39,384 bases of DNA from NCBI GenBank assembly GCA_048621055.1, contig JBMCXO010000002.1, forward strand, positions 1 through 39,384, read 5' to 3'. How positions within the stretch are numbered: position 1 is the stretch's first letter; each line of letters opens with the position of its first letter. The notes beneath the pieces are model-generated. The model was not told the DNA's origin, searched no databases, and saw nothing but the letters and a program-made list of their open reading frames with translations. This document shows, in pieces, positions 1 to 13,467 of the stretch. Source of the DNA: Candidatus Natronoplasma sp. (GTDB taxonomy: Archaea; Thermoplasmatota; Thermoplasmata; Halarchaeoplasmatales; Halarchaeoplasmataceae). Made by a program: the position numbers and the translations under genes.

Positions 1-734
1 CCATAAGGTTCACCAGTATCATCCAGCGGATACCAGGTCATCTCCCACATCGATTCATCTTCATCAAAGGTGTAATAGTCATTGATCTCTGAACCTTCCA
101 TATAGACCTCAGAGCCGTTCTCCACCATCAGTCTAGGTCCGTCATCATTATCATCGATCGCTTCGTTTTCTAACTCTCCTTCATCCCAAAGATAATCATA
201 ATCAGGTACGTTATCTAACGCCTCAAAAGCAGAATCGATCATCTCTAACTCAGAGCCGTCGATGTTGACGAAACCCGGAAAAGTAAAGGAAGAACCTTCC
301 CTTAAGGATAATTTAGAACCGTTTTTTACCGTCACATCGGTCTTGAGGAATGGGCGTAGCAGATCAGAATCATCATACATGGTCTTGATAGTGCTGTTCC
401 ATAGACTCAATTTTCCACCGTCTCTAACTGTGATATTATATTGTCCCCCTTTGTCCATCAGAAGTCTCAAAGTAGAATTATTGAGGATGAGATGACCGCC
501 TGATTCTATAGTTATGTTGTTGTCCTCTTTTCTAGTATCGGTCCCATTTATGTACTCTTTTTCATCTATAACTCGGGTGTCCTCATCAGCCTGAAGTGTT
601 GGAGAATCAGAAGTCAGTGATTCATCTTCAGTCCCTTCTTCCCCAACTACCTCGGCGATAGGAGCTAAAAGCCCCAAAATAAGAGTCAGAACAATCAGCA
701 TACTGAGCATCTTGTGAGGTTTTCTTCCACTCAT
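1..734 (-). CDS. Secreted/surface protein, 5' part only (continues beyond the left window edge)
   Basis: Manual reverse-strand translation from ATG (732-734) is open to position 1, with no stop in 244 codons. It is absent from the ORF track because it has no stop in the window. N-terminus MSGRKPHKMLSMLIVLTLILGLLAPIAEVVG is a signal peptide or TM anchor. Repeated motifs (GGHLILNNSTLRL, DGGKLSLWNSTIK, KNGSKLSLREGSS) resemble parallel beta-helix turns and carry N-x-S/T sequons. GGTGA lies just upstream of the ATG. Confidence 0.6.
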   Translation of the reverse strand, partial: MSGRKPHKMLSMLIVLTLILGLLAPIAEVVGEEGTEDESLTSDSPTLQADEDTRVIDEKEYINGTDTRKEDNNITIESGGHLILNNSTLRLLMDKGGQYNITVRDGGKLSLWNSTIKTMYDDSDLLRPFLKTDVTVKNGSKLSLREGSSFTFPGFVNIDGSELEMIDSAFEALDNVPDYDYLWDEGELENEAIDDNDDGPRLMVENGSEVYMEGSEINDYYTFDEDESMWEMTWYPLDDTGEPY

Positions 735-896
735 GTTTTTCACCATACAAGTAAAGTTAAGCTATAAAGCTAGTTACAGATATAAATTTTTTGTCCTCAT
801 ATCTGAGGTGCTGCCGAATTTTTATATTTATAGGTTATTGGAACAATTTTAATAACCCTCTTTACGATATGAGAGCCAAAAGTAAAGGTGTTATCG

Positions 897-1442
897 ATGG
901 ACGTTTATGAAGCTATCAAAAAGAGAAGGAGCATTAGAAGATACGAAGATAAAGAAGTACCAAAGAGTGTTCTGAAAAAATGCGTCAACGCCGCAAGATT
1001 ATCTCCGAGCGGAGCGAACATCCAACCTTTGAAATTCATCACCGTGACCGATAGACTAGACGCGGTTTTCGAGCACACGAACTGGGCCGGTTATCTCGAC
1101 TGGAGCCCTCCCAAAAAAGAGATGCCAAGAGCTTATGTGGCCATAACGAAGGAAACGGACCGCGGCCTCGAGACAGATGCCGGAATAGCCGCGCACAGCA
1201 TTTGTCTAACGGCGCTGAACGAAGGAATCGGTAGCTGCATCTTGGGAGCTTTAGATAAAGAAAAGTTGGAAGAAATACTACCGATTCCAGACGACCACGA
1301 ACTAAAATTGATGGTAGCTCTCGGTTATCCCGCCGAGGATCCTGAGGTCGTGGAGAGTGAAGAAACAGTAGAATACTACCATGATGGCGGAGAACTGAAC
1401 GTCCCGAAGAGACCTCTGAATGAGGTATGGATCAAGCGGTGA
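897..1442 (+). CDS. Nitroreductase family protein
   Basis: N-terminus MDVYEAIKKRRSIRRYEDKEVP...ARLSPSGANIQPLKF is the classic nitroreductase signature. The track starts at GTG 888; ATG 897 preceded by AAAGGTG is the more likely start. Confidence 0.85.
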   Translation: MDVYEAIKKRRSIRRYEDKEVPKSVLKKCVNAARLSPSGANIQPLKFITVTDRLDAVFEHTNWAGYLDWSPPKKEMPRAYVAITKETDRGLETDAGIAAHSICLTALNEGIGSCILGALDKEKLEEILPIPDDHELKLMVALGYPAEDPEVVESEETVEYYHDGGELNVPKRPLNEVWIKR

Positions 1443-1480
1443 TGGCCTAGGCGCTCAAAACAGCTAGCCAAAGGAACACA

Positions 1481-1488
1481 TTTAAATA
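1481..1488 (+). promoter_or_regulatory. Candidate archaeal TATA box (TTTAAATA) for the tRNA-Lys gene
   Basis: TTTAAATA lies about 41-48 nt upstream of the tRNA 5' end in an AT-rich spacer. This fits a TATA box about 26 nt from the TSS plus a short leader. Confidence 0.35.
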
Positions 1489-1528
1489 CATGTTATGTTT
1501 AAGTCGGTAGTTGCAGTTCGTCATTGAT

Positions 1529-1663
1529 GGGCCTGTAGCTCAGCCAGGTAGGAGAGAGATAACAGGCTTTCTCCCTGGATAGAGCATCTGGCTTTTAACC
1601 AGGTGGCCTGGGGTTCGAAAATGGATCATCGAAAGGTGATTCTCGGAAATCCCCACAGGCCCG
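1529..1663 (+). tRNA. tRNA-Lys (anticodon UUU) with two introns, one in the D-loop and one in the T-loop
   Basis: Acceptor GGGCCTG/CAGGCCC, D-stem GCTC/GAGC, anticodon arm TCTGG-CTTTTAA-CCAGG (TTT at 1594-1596), T-stem TGGGG/CCCCA, discriminator G, no encoded CCA. The gene is 135 nt. Removing about 30 nt (about 1546-1575) and about 30 nt (about 1620-1649) gives a 75-nt cloverleaf. Confidence 0.8.
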
Positions 1664-1709
1664 TCGATCACGTTACCTCTGTATATAAGTTCAAAAAAGG
1701 GGAACAAAA

Positions 1710-1976
1710 ATGGGTAATAAGGATGAGATAAACGTATTGGAGCACGGGCTTGTTCCCGAACATAAACTCGTGCCTAAAGAAGAAGAGAAAGAGATTCTAG
1801 AGAGACTTGGAATCAAGAGAGAGAATTTACCGAAGATACGAAAATCGGATCCAGCGTTAAGGGAGCTTGAAAAAGTACATGGAGACATAAACGTTGGAAG
1901 GATGATCGAAGTCAGAAGGAAAAGCAGAACTGCAGAGTCTGCAAAGGCTTATCGCCTCGTTGTCAAACGTGATTGA
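1710..1976 (+). CDS. rpoH: DNA-directed RNA polymerase subunit H (Rpo5)
   Basis: 88 aa. HGLVPEHKLV...ILERLGIKRENLPKIRKSDPA...GRMIEVRRKSRTAESAKAYRLVV matches the RpoH/Rpb5 C-terminal domain. It sits directly upstream of rpoB, as in the canonical archaeal operon. Confidence 0.9.
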   Translation: MGNKDEINVLEHGLVPEHKLVPKEEEKEILERLGIKRENLPKIRKSDPALRELEKVHGDINVGRMIEVRRKSRTAESAKAYRLVVKRD

Positions 1977-2011
1977 AATGATCTGTCAAAGTTTATTGGG
2001 GATGATATAAG

Positions 2012-5000
2012 ATGAGAGAACTTGTAGAGGCTTTTTTTGAGGAATCAAACATAGTAGGTCATCATATTGAATCGTACAACGATTTTTTACCTACGGCCGA
2101 TAATCCAAGCAACAGAGCACAAAAAATAATCGATAATATACGGATAGGATTCGCCGAAGGTGGATGGGGGAATATCAAGCTCGATCCTGAAAAAGTGGAC
2201 GGTGAGGACATACAGATAAGGGTCGGAAGAAAAAGAACTGAAGACGGTAGGATCCCTCCAAATTCTGAACCAACGATCCGGATAAAAAAACCGACCATCA
2301 AAGAAGCCAGTGGTTCTGAACATAAACTCACGCCTCACGAGGCAAGACTGAGAGACCTATATTACGATGCAGAACTAGAGATGAAATTCAGCATTATACG
2401 AGAGGGAATAGAAGAAGAGCCAAAATGGATATCTGTGGGTAGACTGCCCGTGATGATAGGATCTAAGGTATGCAACCTTCATCTTGATAATCTGGACAAA
2501 ACTGTAGAAGAAGTGCTCAATGTGGATCCAGAGAGCAAAGAAGTTACGGAGATGTCCAGAGATGACAAGGTCACGGAACTCGGTGAAGATCCTGTGGACC
2601 CTCAGGGATATTTCATCATAAGCGGAACTGAAAGGAACCTGATGGCCGTGGAGGATATGGCGACCAACAGAGTGATGTGCGAGATAAACGAAAAATACGG
2701 AAGAAAACATGAAGTGGCGAAAATATTCTCTCAGAGACACGGTTTCAGGGCTATGACGAGACTCGAAAGGAAAAAAGACGGTATGATAACCGTTTCGGTT
2801 CCTTCGGCTAGAGGCGATATCCCCCTGATCATCTTGATGAAAGCCCTAGGGATGGAAAGGGACGAGGAGATCTACAATTCTATAGTAACAGAGCCCGAGA
2901 TGGCAAGTCTAGTGTTCGCCAACATTGAGATGTGCCAAGAAGAAGAAGAGTACTCTCCAGAAGGAGTGTATGACCAGGAAGATGCTATGGCCTATCTCGA
3001 AAGGAAGTTCGCCACAGGACAGGCAGAAGAATACAGGCGTAGAAAGATAGAATCGATCTTAGACAGATCGTTGCTGCCTCATCTTGGAGACAAAAAAGAG
3101 AACCGGATGAAAAAGGCAGTGTTCCTGGGAAGGATGGCTAGAGCGATACTCGAACTCTATATGGGGGAGAGAGAATCTGACGATAAGGATCATTACGCTA
3201 ACAAGAGGTTGAAACTCGCAGGCGATCTGATATCAGATCTGTTCCGAGTCTCGGTCGTAAATCTGCTGAAGGACCTAAAATATCAACTCGAGAGGAATTT
3301 CAGAAAGAAGGGAGATATCAGGATCAAATCATCCATCAGGCCTGATCTTCTAAGCAACAAATTACAGCATGCTATGGCAACAGGAAATTGGGTCGGCGGT
3401 AGAACTGGTATTTCTCAACTGTTGGATCGGACCTCCAATATGGCGACTATAAGTCATCTTAGGAGGGTCAAATCACCTTTGTCTAGGAGTCAACCCCATT
3501 TCGAAGCTAGAGAACTTCATCCCACACATTGGGGCAGACTATGTCCCAACGAAACACCAGAAGGACAGAACTGCGGTTTAGTAAAAACCTCAGCGCTCAT
3601 GATCAACGTTTCGAAGGGTGAAGAACCGATGGAAGTCCGCTGGAAACTCCATGACGTGGGTCTTAAAGAGATGGGCCAGGGATCTGAAGCAACCACGAAG
3701 GTATATCTCAACGGAGATCTTGTTGGAGTCGTTAAAGATCCTGAAGAATTTGTTAAGAATGTGAGATACGAAAGGAGAAAAGGAGGCATCTCTGGGCAAG
3801 TCAATCTGAGATACGACGAAAAAATGAACGAAGTGATAGTGAACTCCGACGAGGGCAGAGTACGAAGACCCCTCCTGGTAATAGAAGATGGAAGCGTTAA
3901 TTTCAGCACTGATGTTATAGAAGAACTTGAACAGGGTAAGAGAAACGTCGACTCTCTCTTCGAAGATGGCTTTGTAGAGTGGATAGACGCTGAAGAAGAA
4001 GAAGATATTTACGTCGCGCTTTATCCCTTTGATCTACCGGACAAATGTAACGAATGCGAGGAACCTTTATCCGAGGCAGATTTAAAATGGACCAATATGG
4101 GTTCAGGAGAAGATATAGCTAAAATAGAGTGCAGGAGATGCGGTGGAAAGATGGAAGTCGAATCTAATATCGAAGAAGAACATACCCATATGGAAGTCGA
4201 CCCGCTTCTTATGCTCGGCGCTTCGACAGGTTTGGTTCCCTTCGCAGAACATAATGCCGCTCCACGATGTTCTATGGGAGCTAACATGATGAAGCAGTCC
4301 CTGGGATTGAACGCATCGAATTACAGGACTAGGCCAGATACGAGAGAACACCTTCTTCACTACCCTCAGTTGTCGCTTATGCAGACGGAAACTATGGATC
4401 TGGTCAACTACAATAAAAGACCCGCAGGACAAAACTTTGTCGTGGCGGTCATGCCTTATCACGGTTACAATATGGAGGATGCTATCGTGATGAATAGGGC
4501 CGCGATAGATAGAGCCCTAGGTAGATCCACCTTCTTTAGAACTTATACTGCCGAAGAAAGAAAGTATCCCGGAGGTCAGGAGGATGAATTTCAGATCCCT
4601 GACCCTGACGTTAGAGGAGCTAGAAGCGACCAGCAGTACAGCAAATTAGATAAGGACGGGTTGATAAGCCCCGAAACCAAAGTAGATGGAGGTGAAGTCA
4701 TCGTAGGTAAAACCTCACCACCTAGATTCCTTGAAGAGGACACAGACCTGATGGCCCCTCAGAAAAGAAGGGAGACCTCTGAGATAGTTAGACCTAGAGA
4801 GAAGGGATGGATAGATTCCATCATGCTCACAGAATCAGAAGACGGGAGTAGAGTAGTCAAAACGAAGATAAGAGACCAAAGGATCCCTGAGCTCGGTGAT
4901 AAATTCACTTCTAGGCACGGTCAAAAAGGAGTTATAGGTAAGATGGTAGAACCCGAAGACCTGCCGTTCACCGAGGAAGGCGTTGTTCCTGACCTTATAG

Positions 5001-5631
5001 TTAATCCACACGCGATGCCATCGAGGATGACCGTAGCCCACATGCTGGAGATGCTTGGGGGTAAAGTCGGATCTTTAGAAGGTAGATTCATCGATAGTAC
5101 ACCTTTCAGCGGTGAAAGCGAAGATGCTCTGAAAGAGGCACTAAGAGAAGCTGGTTTCAAATCCAACGGCACCGAAATCCTTTACGATGGAAGGAGCGGA
5201 GAGATGCTTGAAGCGGAGATATACATGGGAGTCATCTATTACCAAAAATTGCATCACATGGTATCTAACAAACTCCACAGCAGGTCTAGAGGACCGGTTC
5301 AGATACTGACGAGGCAGCCTACCGAGGGGCGCTCTCGTAAGGGCGGCTTGAGGTTCGGTGAGATGGAGAGGAACTGTCTCATAGGCCACGGCACGGCCAT
5401 GGTCATAAAAGATAGATTACTCGATCAGTCAGACGGCACGACTGAATACATCTGCGGCAATCCAGACTGTGGACATATAGCCATACTTGACAGCAACGGA
5501 GAGTTGAGATGTCCCGTCTGTGGAGAAAAGTCAGATGTATACCAGATCCAGACCAGTTTCGCTTTCAAACTTTTGATGGATGAATTGAGATCGCTTGGAG
5601 TCACCATGCGTTTGAATGTGGAGGATCAAAG

Positions 5632-5635
<4 letters not shown>
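2012..5635 (+). CDS. rpoB: DNA-directed RNA polymerase subunit B (Rpo2), unsplit, with lineage-specific insertions
   Basis: 1207 aa. Conserved blocks include GYFIISGTER, RLKLAGDL, CPNETPEGQNCGLVK, MPYHGYNMEDAIVMN, SRHGQKGV, NPHAMPSRMT, FGEMERNCLIGHG and the C-terminal zinc ribbon CGNPDCGH...CPVCGE. The B'' and B' parts are fused in one ORF. Confidence 0.97.
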
Positions 5636-9755
<4,120 letters not shown>

Positions 9756-9825
9756 ATTCTTTAAAAAATTCTAAATACCAGCATCATGATGAAGAAGATG
9801 ATTACTATAGAAAGGTGGTGCCAGA

Positions 9826-10116
9826 ATGGATGTAAATAGGGAAATCAGGATGGCCGTGAACACGGGAACGGTCGATTTCGGTATCAAAGAGGCGAAAGAA
9901 AACGTAAAGGATGATGAGTGTGAACTTCTGATAGTGGCGTCTAACTGCCCCGACGAGAGTTTGACGGATAGCAAGGAATACGATGGTGTACCGATATACG
10001 TTTACAGAGGAAACAACCAACAGTTAGGATCTGCGGCGGGAAAACCTTTTTCTGTTTCCGCTATCTCGATAAAAGATGTTGGTAATTCGAACATACTATC
10101 TTTGAGGGCGGAATAA
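9826..10116 (+). CDS. rpl30e: Ribosomal protein L30e
   Basis: 96 aa. IRMAVNTGTVDFGIKEAKENV...LLIVASNCP...VPIYVYRGNNQQLGSAAGKPFSVSAISI is typical L30e. AGGTGGTG lies upstream. Canonical position after rpoA''. Confidence 0.9.
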   Translation: MDVNREIRMAVNTGTVDFGIKEAKENVKDDECELLIVASNCPDESLTDSKEYDGVPIYVYRGNNQQLGSAAGKPFSVSAISIKDVGNSNILSLRAE

Positions 10117-10118
10117 AA

Positions 10119-10556
10119 ATGTCAGATAGCATGGAAGATATAAGTTTCAATGAAAAGACGCTGAGGTACATCTCTGTTTTTGAGAAGATCACAGATGCTG
10201 AAGTCGTGGACTGTATAGACATACCCGAAAAAGTCATATTTATCGTGGAGAAGGGGGCTATACAGAAAGCTATCGGTAAAGGAGGCAAAAACGTCACAAA
10301 GATCAGTGACGCAATCGATAGGAACGTGCACGTCATTGAATTCAGTGATGATGCGGAAGAACTGCTCAAAAATATATTTTACAGCTACGACGTGAAAGAC
10401 GTAGAGATCGAGGATAAGAACGGGGTTAAGCACGGAACCGTAGAAGTGGCACAGGAAAACAAAGCCCGGGCGATAGGAAAAGAAGGTAGGAATCTTTCCA
10501 TCGCAAGGAAGATAATGATGAGGCACTCAGACATATCCAGCGTATCTGTTGCGTAG
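10119..10556 (+). CDS. nusA: Archaeal NusA-like transcription elongation/termination factor (two KH domains)
   Basis: 145 aa. KH-type motifs AIGKGGKNVTKI and AIGKEGRNLSIARK. It starts 2 nt after the L30e stop. Canonical operon position. Confidence 0.9.
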   Translation: MSDSMEDISFNEKTLRYISVFEKITDAEVVDCIDIPEKVIFIVEKGAIQKAIGKGGKNVTKISDAIDRNVHVIEFSDDAEELLKNIFYSYDVKDVEIEDKNGVKHGTVEVAQENKARAIGKEGRNLSIARKIMMRHSDISSVSVA

Positions 10557-11573
10557 TATTTTGGGTGCACCTCTGAAATGAAGGTAGGGTTCTATTTCTT
10601 TTTCAATATTCCACCTGCTTCTGCAATCGCACTCAGGTAGCTTTTTTAATATCGACTTTTCCTGGCTTTTGGTAAACTCATCTATCAGTTTCAAGACCTG
10701 ATCGTTACAGTCTTGACAGTTCGAAGCGCCTCTATCTGATCCCAATCCAGCGTTAGATACAAAGACAGGTTTATCGACTGTCTCAATAGAATTAATCACT
10801 TCTGTTATCGACCATAACCAAGGCGGACTGTAAAGGTCCCTGTGCCAAAGTTCTTCCAACAGAGTACCTTTTTGAATATTGACTGGATTGACTGAGATTA
10901 TATCGGTCAGGTCTGAGATGCTCTGTATAGAATTAATCAGATCTGCTATCGCCTCCCTTTCCGTCAATAACGGGGGTTTTAACAATAGATAGGTCCTGAT
11001 AGAAACTAAATCTGATATCTTTTCAACGCATTCTTTATAATCATTGAAGGTGAAACCTTTGTTTATGCAGTTTTCCAAAACAAAATCGTTCGCGGATTCC
11101 AGTCCGAGGGCGAGTTCCAACTCGTCCACAGTCTGAGAAAGTTTTTTAACTCTATCTCTCTCGACGAATTCAGGTCTAGTCTCTATCACTATCTTGTCGA
11201 CATCAAAACTTTCGATTATCTTGAAGGCAGTTTCATCGTCTATTTCATCTCTATCCAAAAAGCTACCAGAAGTGTATATCTTGACTATCTCTTGTCCTCT
11301 ATAACGTGAGAGAGCTTCGTCCAATTGGTCTTTTATATTTTCGTTATCTATCTCGGGGTTAGTATCGGTGTAATAGCCACACATCGAGCAGCCTGAGTTA
11401 TATGACCTGTAACAGCCTCTTGTGCGAAATATTAGAGAAAAAACATCCTTTATCTCATCTTTATAGAATTCTTCTTCCTCCCAGTATGCGATAAGGTCTT
11501 TTCTATCGCTTCTTGAGGCTTTTCGATGATATCTTTTGATCTCTGACTGCAATCCCATATATTTGGAAGTCAT
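10527..11573 (-). CDS. Radical SAM protein of the TIGR01210-like family (RaSEA-like, archaeosine biosynthesis candidate)
   Basis: 348 aa. Cys cluster TRGCYRSYNSGCSMCGYY near the N-terminus followed by an Elp3-like TIM-barrel region, plus C-terminal Cys pairs (NCQDCN, CDC). The family call is from memory of the RaSEA/TIGR01210 pattern and is not verified. Confidence 0.6.
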   Translation of the reverse strand: MTSKYMGLQSEIKRYHRKASRSDRKDLIAYWEEEEFYKDEIKDVFSLIFRTRGCYRSYNSGCSMCGYYTDTNPEIDNENIKDQLDEALSRYRGQEIVKIYTSGSFLDRDEIDDETAFKIIESFDVDKIVIETRPEFVERDRVKKLSQTVDELELALGLESANDFVLENCINKGFTFNDYKECVEKISDLVSIRTYLLLKPPLLTEREAIADLINSIQSISDLTDIISVNPVNIQKGTLLEELWHRDLYSPPWLWSITEVINSIETVDKPVFVSNAGLGSDRGASNCQDCNDQVLKLIDEFTKSQEKSILKKLPECDCRSRWNIEKEIEPYLHFRGAPKILRNRYAGYV

Positions 11574-11651
11574 TGTAAGATAATAAAAGTTTTTCTTCTT
11601 GATAGAGAAAATGCAATTATATACCTTCTACAATACGGTTAACGAGTACCC

Positions 11652-12431
11652 ATGAAAGTATTACGTGACAAATCTAAGATGACGAAATTCATCTTACTTT
11701 ACAAGTCAGCGGTGGAAAGACCGAACAAACTCGCTGATCTAGCTTCTGAGCTGGATATGAGCGAACAGGCAGTATCCAACTACATATCTAAAATGGAAGA
11801 GGAAGGGATCATCGATAGATCGGGCACTTTTTATCGACCAACTTCAGAAGGCATGGAACTGGTGAGAGAAATTGTCTCGGAACTGGGATCATTTCTCGAT
11901 GAAGCTAGCGATAAAATAAACTTCATCTCAACATGCACCGCTATAGCTTCTGAAAATATTAATGAGGGCGAAAGGGTAGGTCTTGAGATGAAAAATGGTT
12001 TTCTTCACGCTTCATTGGAGGAATCAACTAGTATGGGTACAGCTCTCAATAGCGCAAAACTTGGCCAGCCTTTAAGAGTGGGAGGTCTCCAGGGAATAAC
12101 GGAGATGGAGCTCGGCGAACTTTATCTTTTGGAATCAGATATCGATGGAGCTACAGAAGAAAAAGCTGAATCTTTAAACTCTGATATAGAAAATATCGAC
12201 TATGATAAGCTCGCGATAATGGGAGAGATGCAGCACGGTCTATGCAACATAATCGGTTTAGAGCCTGATATACGATTCGCTCCGATAGAGTCAGCCATAA
12301 ATGCTGCGGAAAAAGGACTCGACGTACTGTTGATGTTATCAAAACAGGACCTAGATGAGATTCTAGAAAAACTAAAGGATAGGAATAGAGATCTAGATGA
12401 TGAGTACAGGATAGATTATAGGGTGCTCTAA
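11652..12431 (+). CDS. Winged-helix transcriptional regulator with an uncharacterised C-terminal domain
   Basis: 259 aa. The N-terminal PNKLADLASELDMSEQAVSNYISKMEEEGIIDRSGTFYRPTSEGMELV is a wHTH. I could not assign the about 170-aa acidic C-terminal domain. Confidence 0.6.
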   Translation: MKVLRDKSKMTKFILLYKSAVERPNKLADLASELDMSEQAVSNYISKMEEEGIIDRSGTFYRPTSEGMELVREIVSELGSFLDEASDKINFISTCTAIASENINEGERVGLEMKNGFLHASLEESTSMGTALNSAKLGQPLRVGGLQGITEMELGELYLLESDIDGATEEKAESLNSDIENIDYDKLAIMGEMQHGLCNIIGLEPDIRFAPIESAINAAEKGLDVLLMLSKQDLDEILEKLKDRNRDLDDEYRIDYRVL

Positions 12432-13423
12432 GTAACAATCGGTATATCACGGCCGCAGTTAGGACATTTTCCCTCTTCTAGATTTAATCTTCCAGAAGAG
12501 AAATAAGAGCGGGAAAGTATGGTCGTATCGCATTTCGGACATCTAGTATCGTTATCCGCCCTCATATTGCCCAGATAAACGAAATTGAGTCCAGTTTTTT
12601 TAGCTATATTTCTAGCTTCTTTCATCTTTTCAGGTGAAGTTGCAGGTGTATCCCTCATCTCATGGTCAGGATGAAAACGAGAGAAGTGGACGACATTATC
12701 TTCTCCTAGGTATTCCTTGACCCATCGGGAGAACCTCTTTAGCTCATCCTTAGAATCGTTGTGACCTGGGATGATCAGGTAAGTGACTTCTACGTGAATG
12801 TTATTGTCGATCGCTATTTTTGCGGTGTCGAGAACAGGCTTTAATTCTCCCCCGACGATCTCTTTGTAGAACTTTTCATTAAAGGCCTTGATGTCTATGT
12901 TCATCGCATCGAGATAAGGTGTTATCTTCTTTAGTGGTTCATCTTCGATAAAACCGTTGGTAACGTAGACCGTATACTTATCGTGGTTGATCTTCAATTC
13001 TTTGAACACTTCGTAGCTGAATTCGTATGATATAGTAGGTTCATTGTAGGTCCAAGCTATGCCGTCATATCTCAAAGTCTGTTTGATAATGTCTTCCACT
13101 GAGCTTTCTTTTAGGTAAGGGCTTTCAGGATCACCGCAGGATAGTGAAGCGTTCTGACAGAAACTGCACGATAGATTGCATCCCATGGCTCCGTAGGAAA
13201 GAACTTTAGACCCTGGATGGAAGTGATATAGTGGTTTCTTCTCTATAGGATCAACCGCTAAAGAGGCAGCTTTACCATATATCAAAGAATATAGGGTGCC
13301 GTCTTGATTTTCTCTCACGTTGCACAGTCCCCTTTGCCCTTCTGATATCAGGCAGTTATGAGGACAGAGGTGGCACCTCACTTTATCGTCCTCTTTTTCC
13401 TCCCAGAACATCGCTTCTTTCAT
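12428..13423 (-). CDS. AmmeMemoRadiSam-system type radical SAM enzyme (PFL-activase-like)
   Basis: 331 aa. N-terminal CHLCPHNCLISEGQRGLCNVREN, DPIEKKPLYHFHPGS and radical SAM motif GCNLSCSFCQNA are the characteristic pattern of this family. C-terminal CPKC...CPNC zinc ribbon. Confidence 0.8.
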   Translation of the reverse strand: MKEAMFWEEKEDDKVRCHLCPHNCLISEGQRGLCNVRENQDGTLYSLIYGKAASLAVDPIEKKPLYHFHPGSKVLSYGAMGCNLSCSFCQNASLSCGDPESPYLKESSVEDIIKQTLRYDGIAWTYNEPTISYEFSYEVFKELKINHDKYTVYVTNGFIEDEPLKKITPYLDAMNIDIKAFNEKFYKEIVGGELKPVLDTAKIAIDNNIHVEVTYLIIPGHNDSKDELKRFSRWVKEYLGEDNVVHFSRFHPDHEMRDTPATSPEKMKEARNIAKKTGLNFVYLGNMRADNDTRCPKCDTTILSRSYFSSGRLNLEEGKCPNCGRDIPIVT

Positions 13424-13467
13424 GATATCATATCATAGACTGATATATACAAATATATTTCCATCCG

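Noticed and set aside
262-495. 77-aa + strand ORF from the track
   Set aside because: It lies entirely antisense to the long open minus-strand frame (1-734), which has a signal peptide and repeat structure. It has no RBS and a low-complexity translation, so it is most likely spurious.
4243-4305. RpoB motif HNAAPRCSMGANMMKQSLG differs from the HNQSPRNTYQSAMGKQ form I remember for crenarchaeal/eukaryotic subunits and resembles the bacterial MGANMQRQ
   Set aside because: I believe some euryarchaeal B' subunits have a similar variant. Without an alignment this cannot be called unusual.
9786-9792. ATGATGA (C-box-like) in the rpoA''-L30e spacer, possible C/D box sRNA
   Set aside because: No CTGA D box, no C'/D' pair and no terminal stem within the next 70 nt. 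The spacer is better explained as the L30e 5' region with SD AGGTGGTG.
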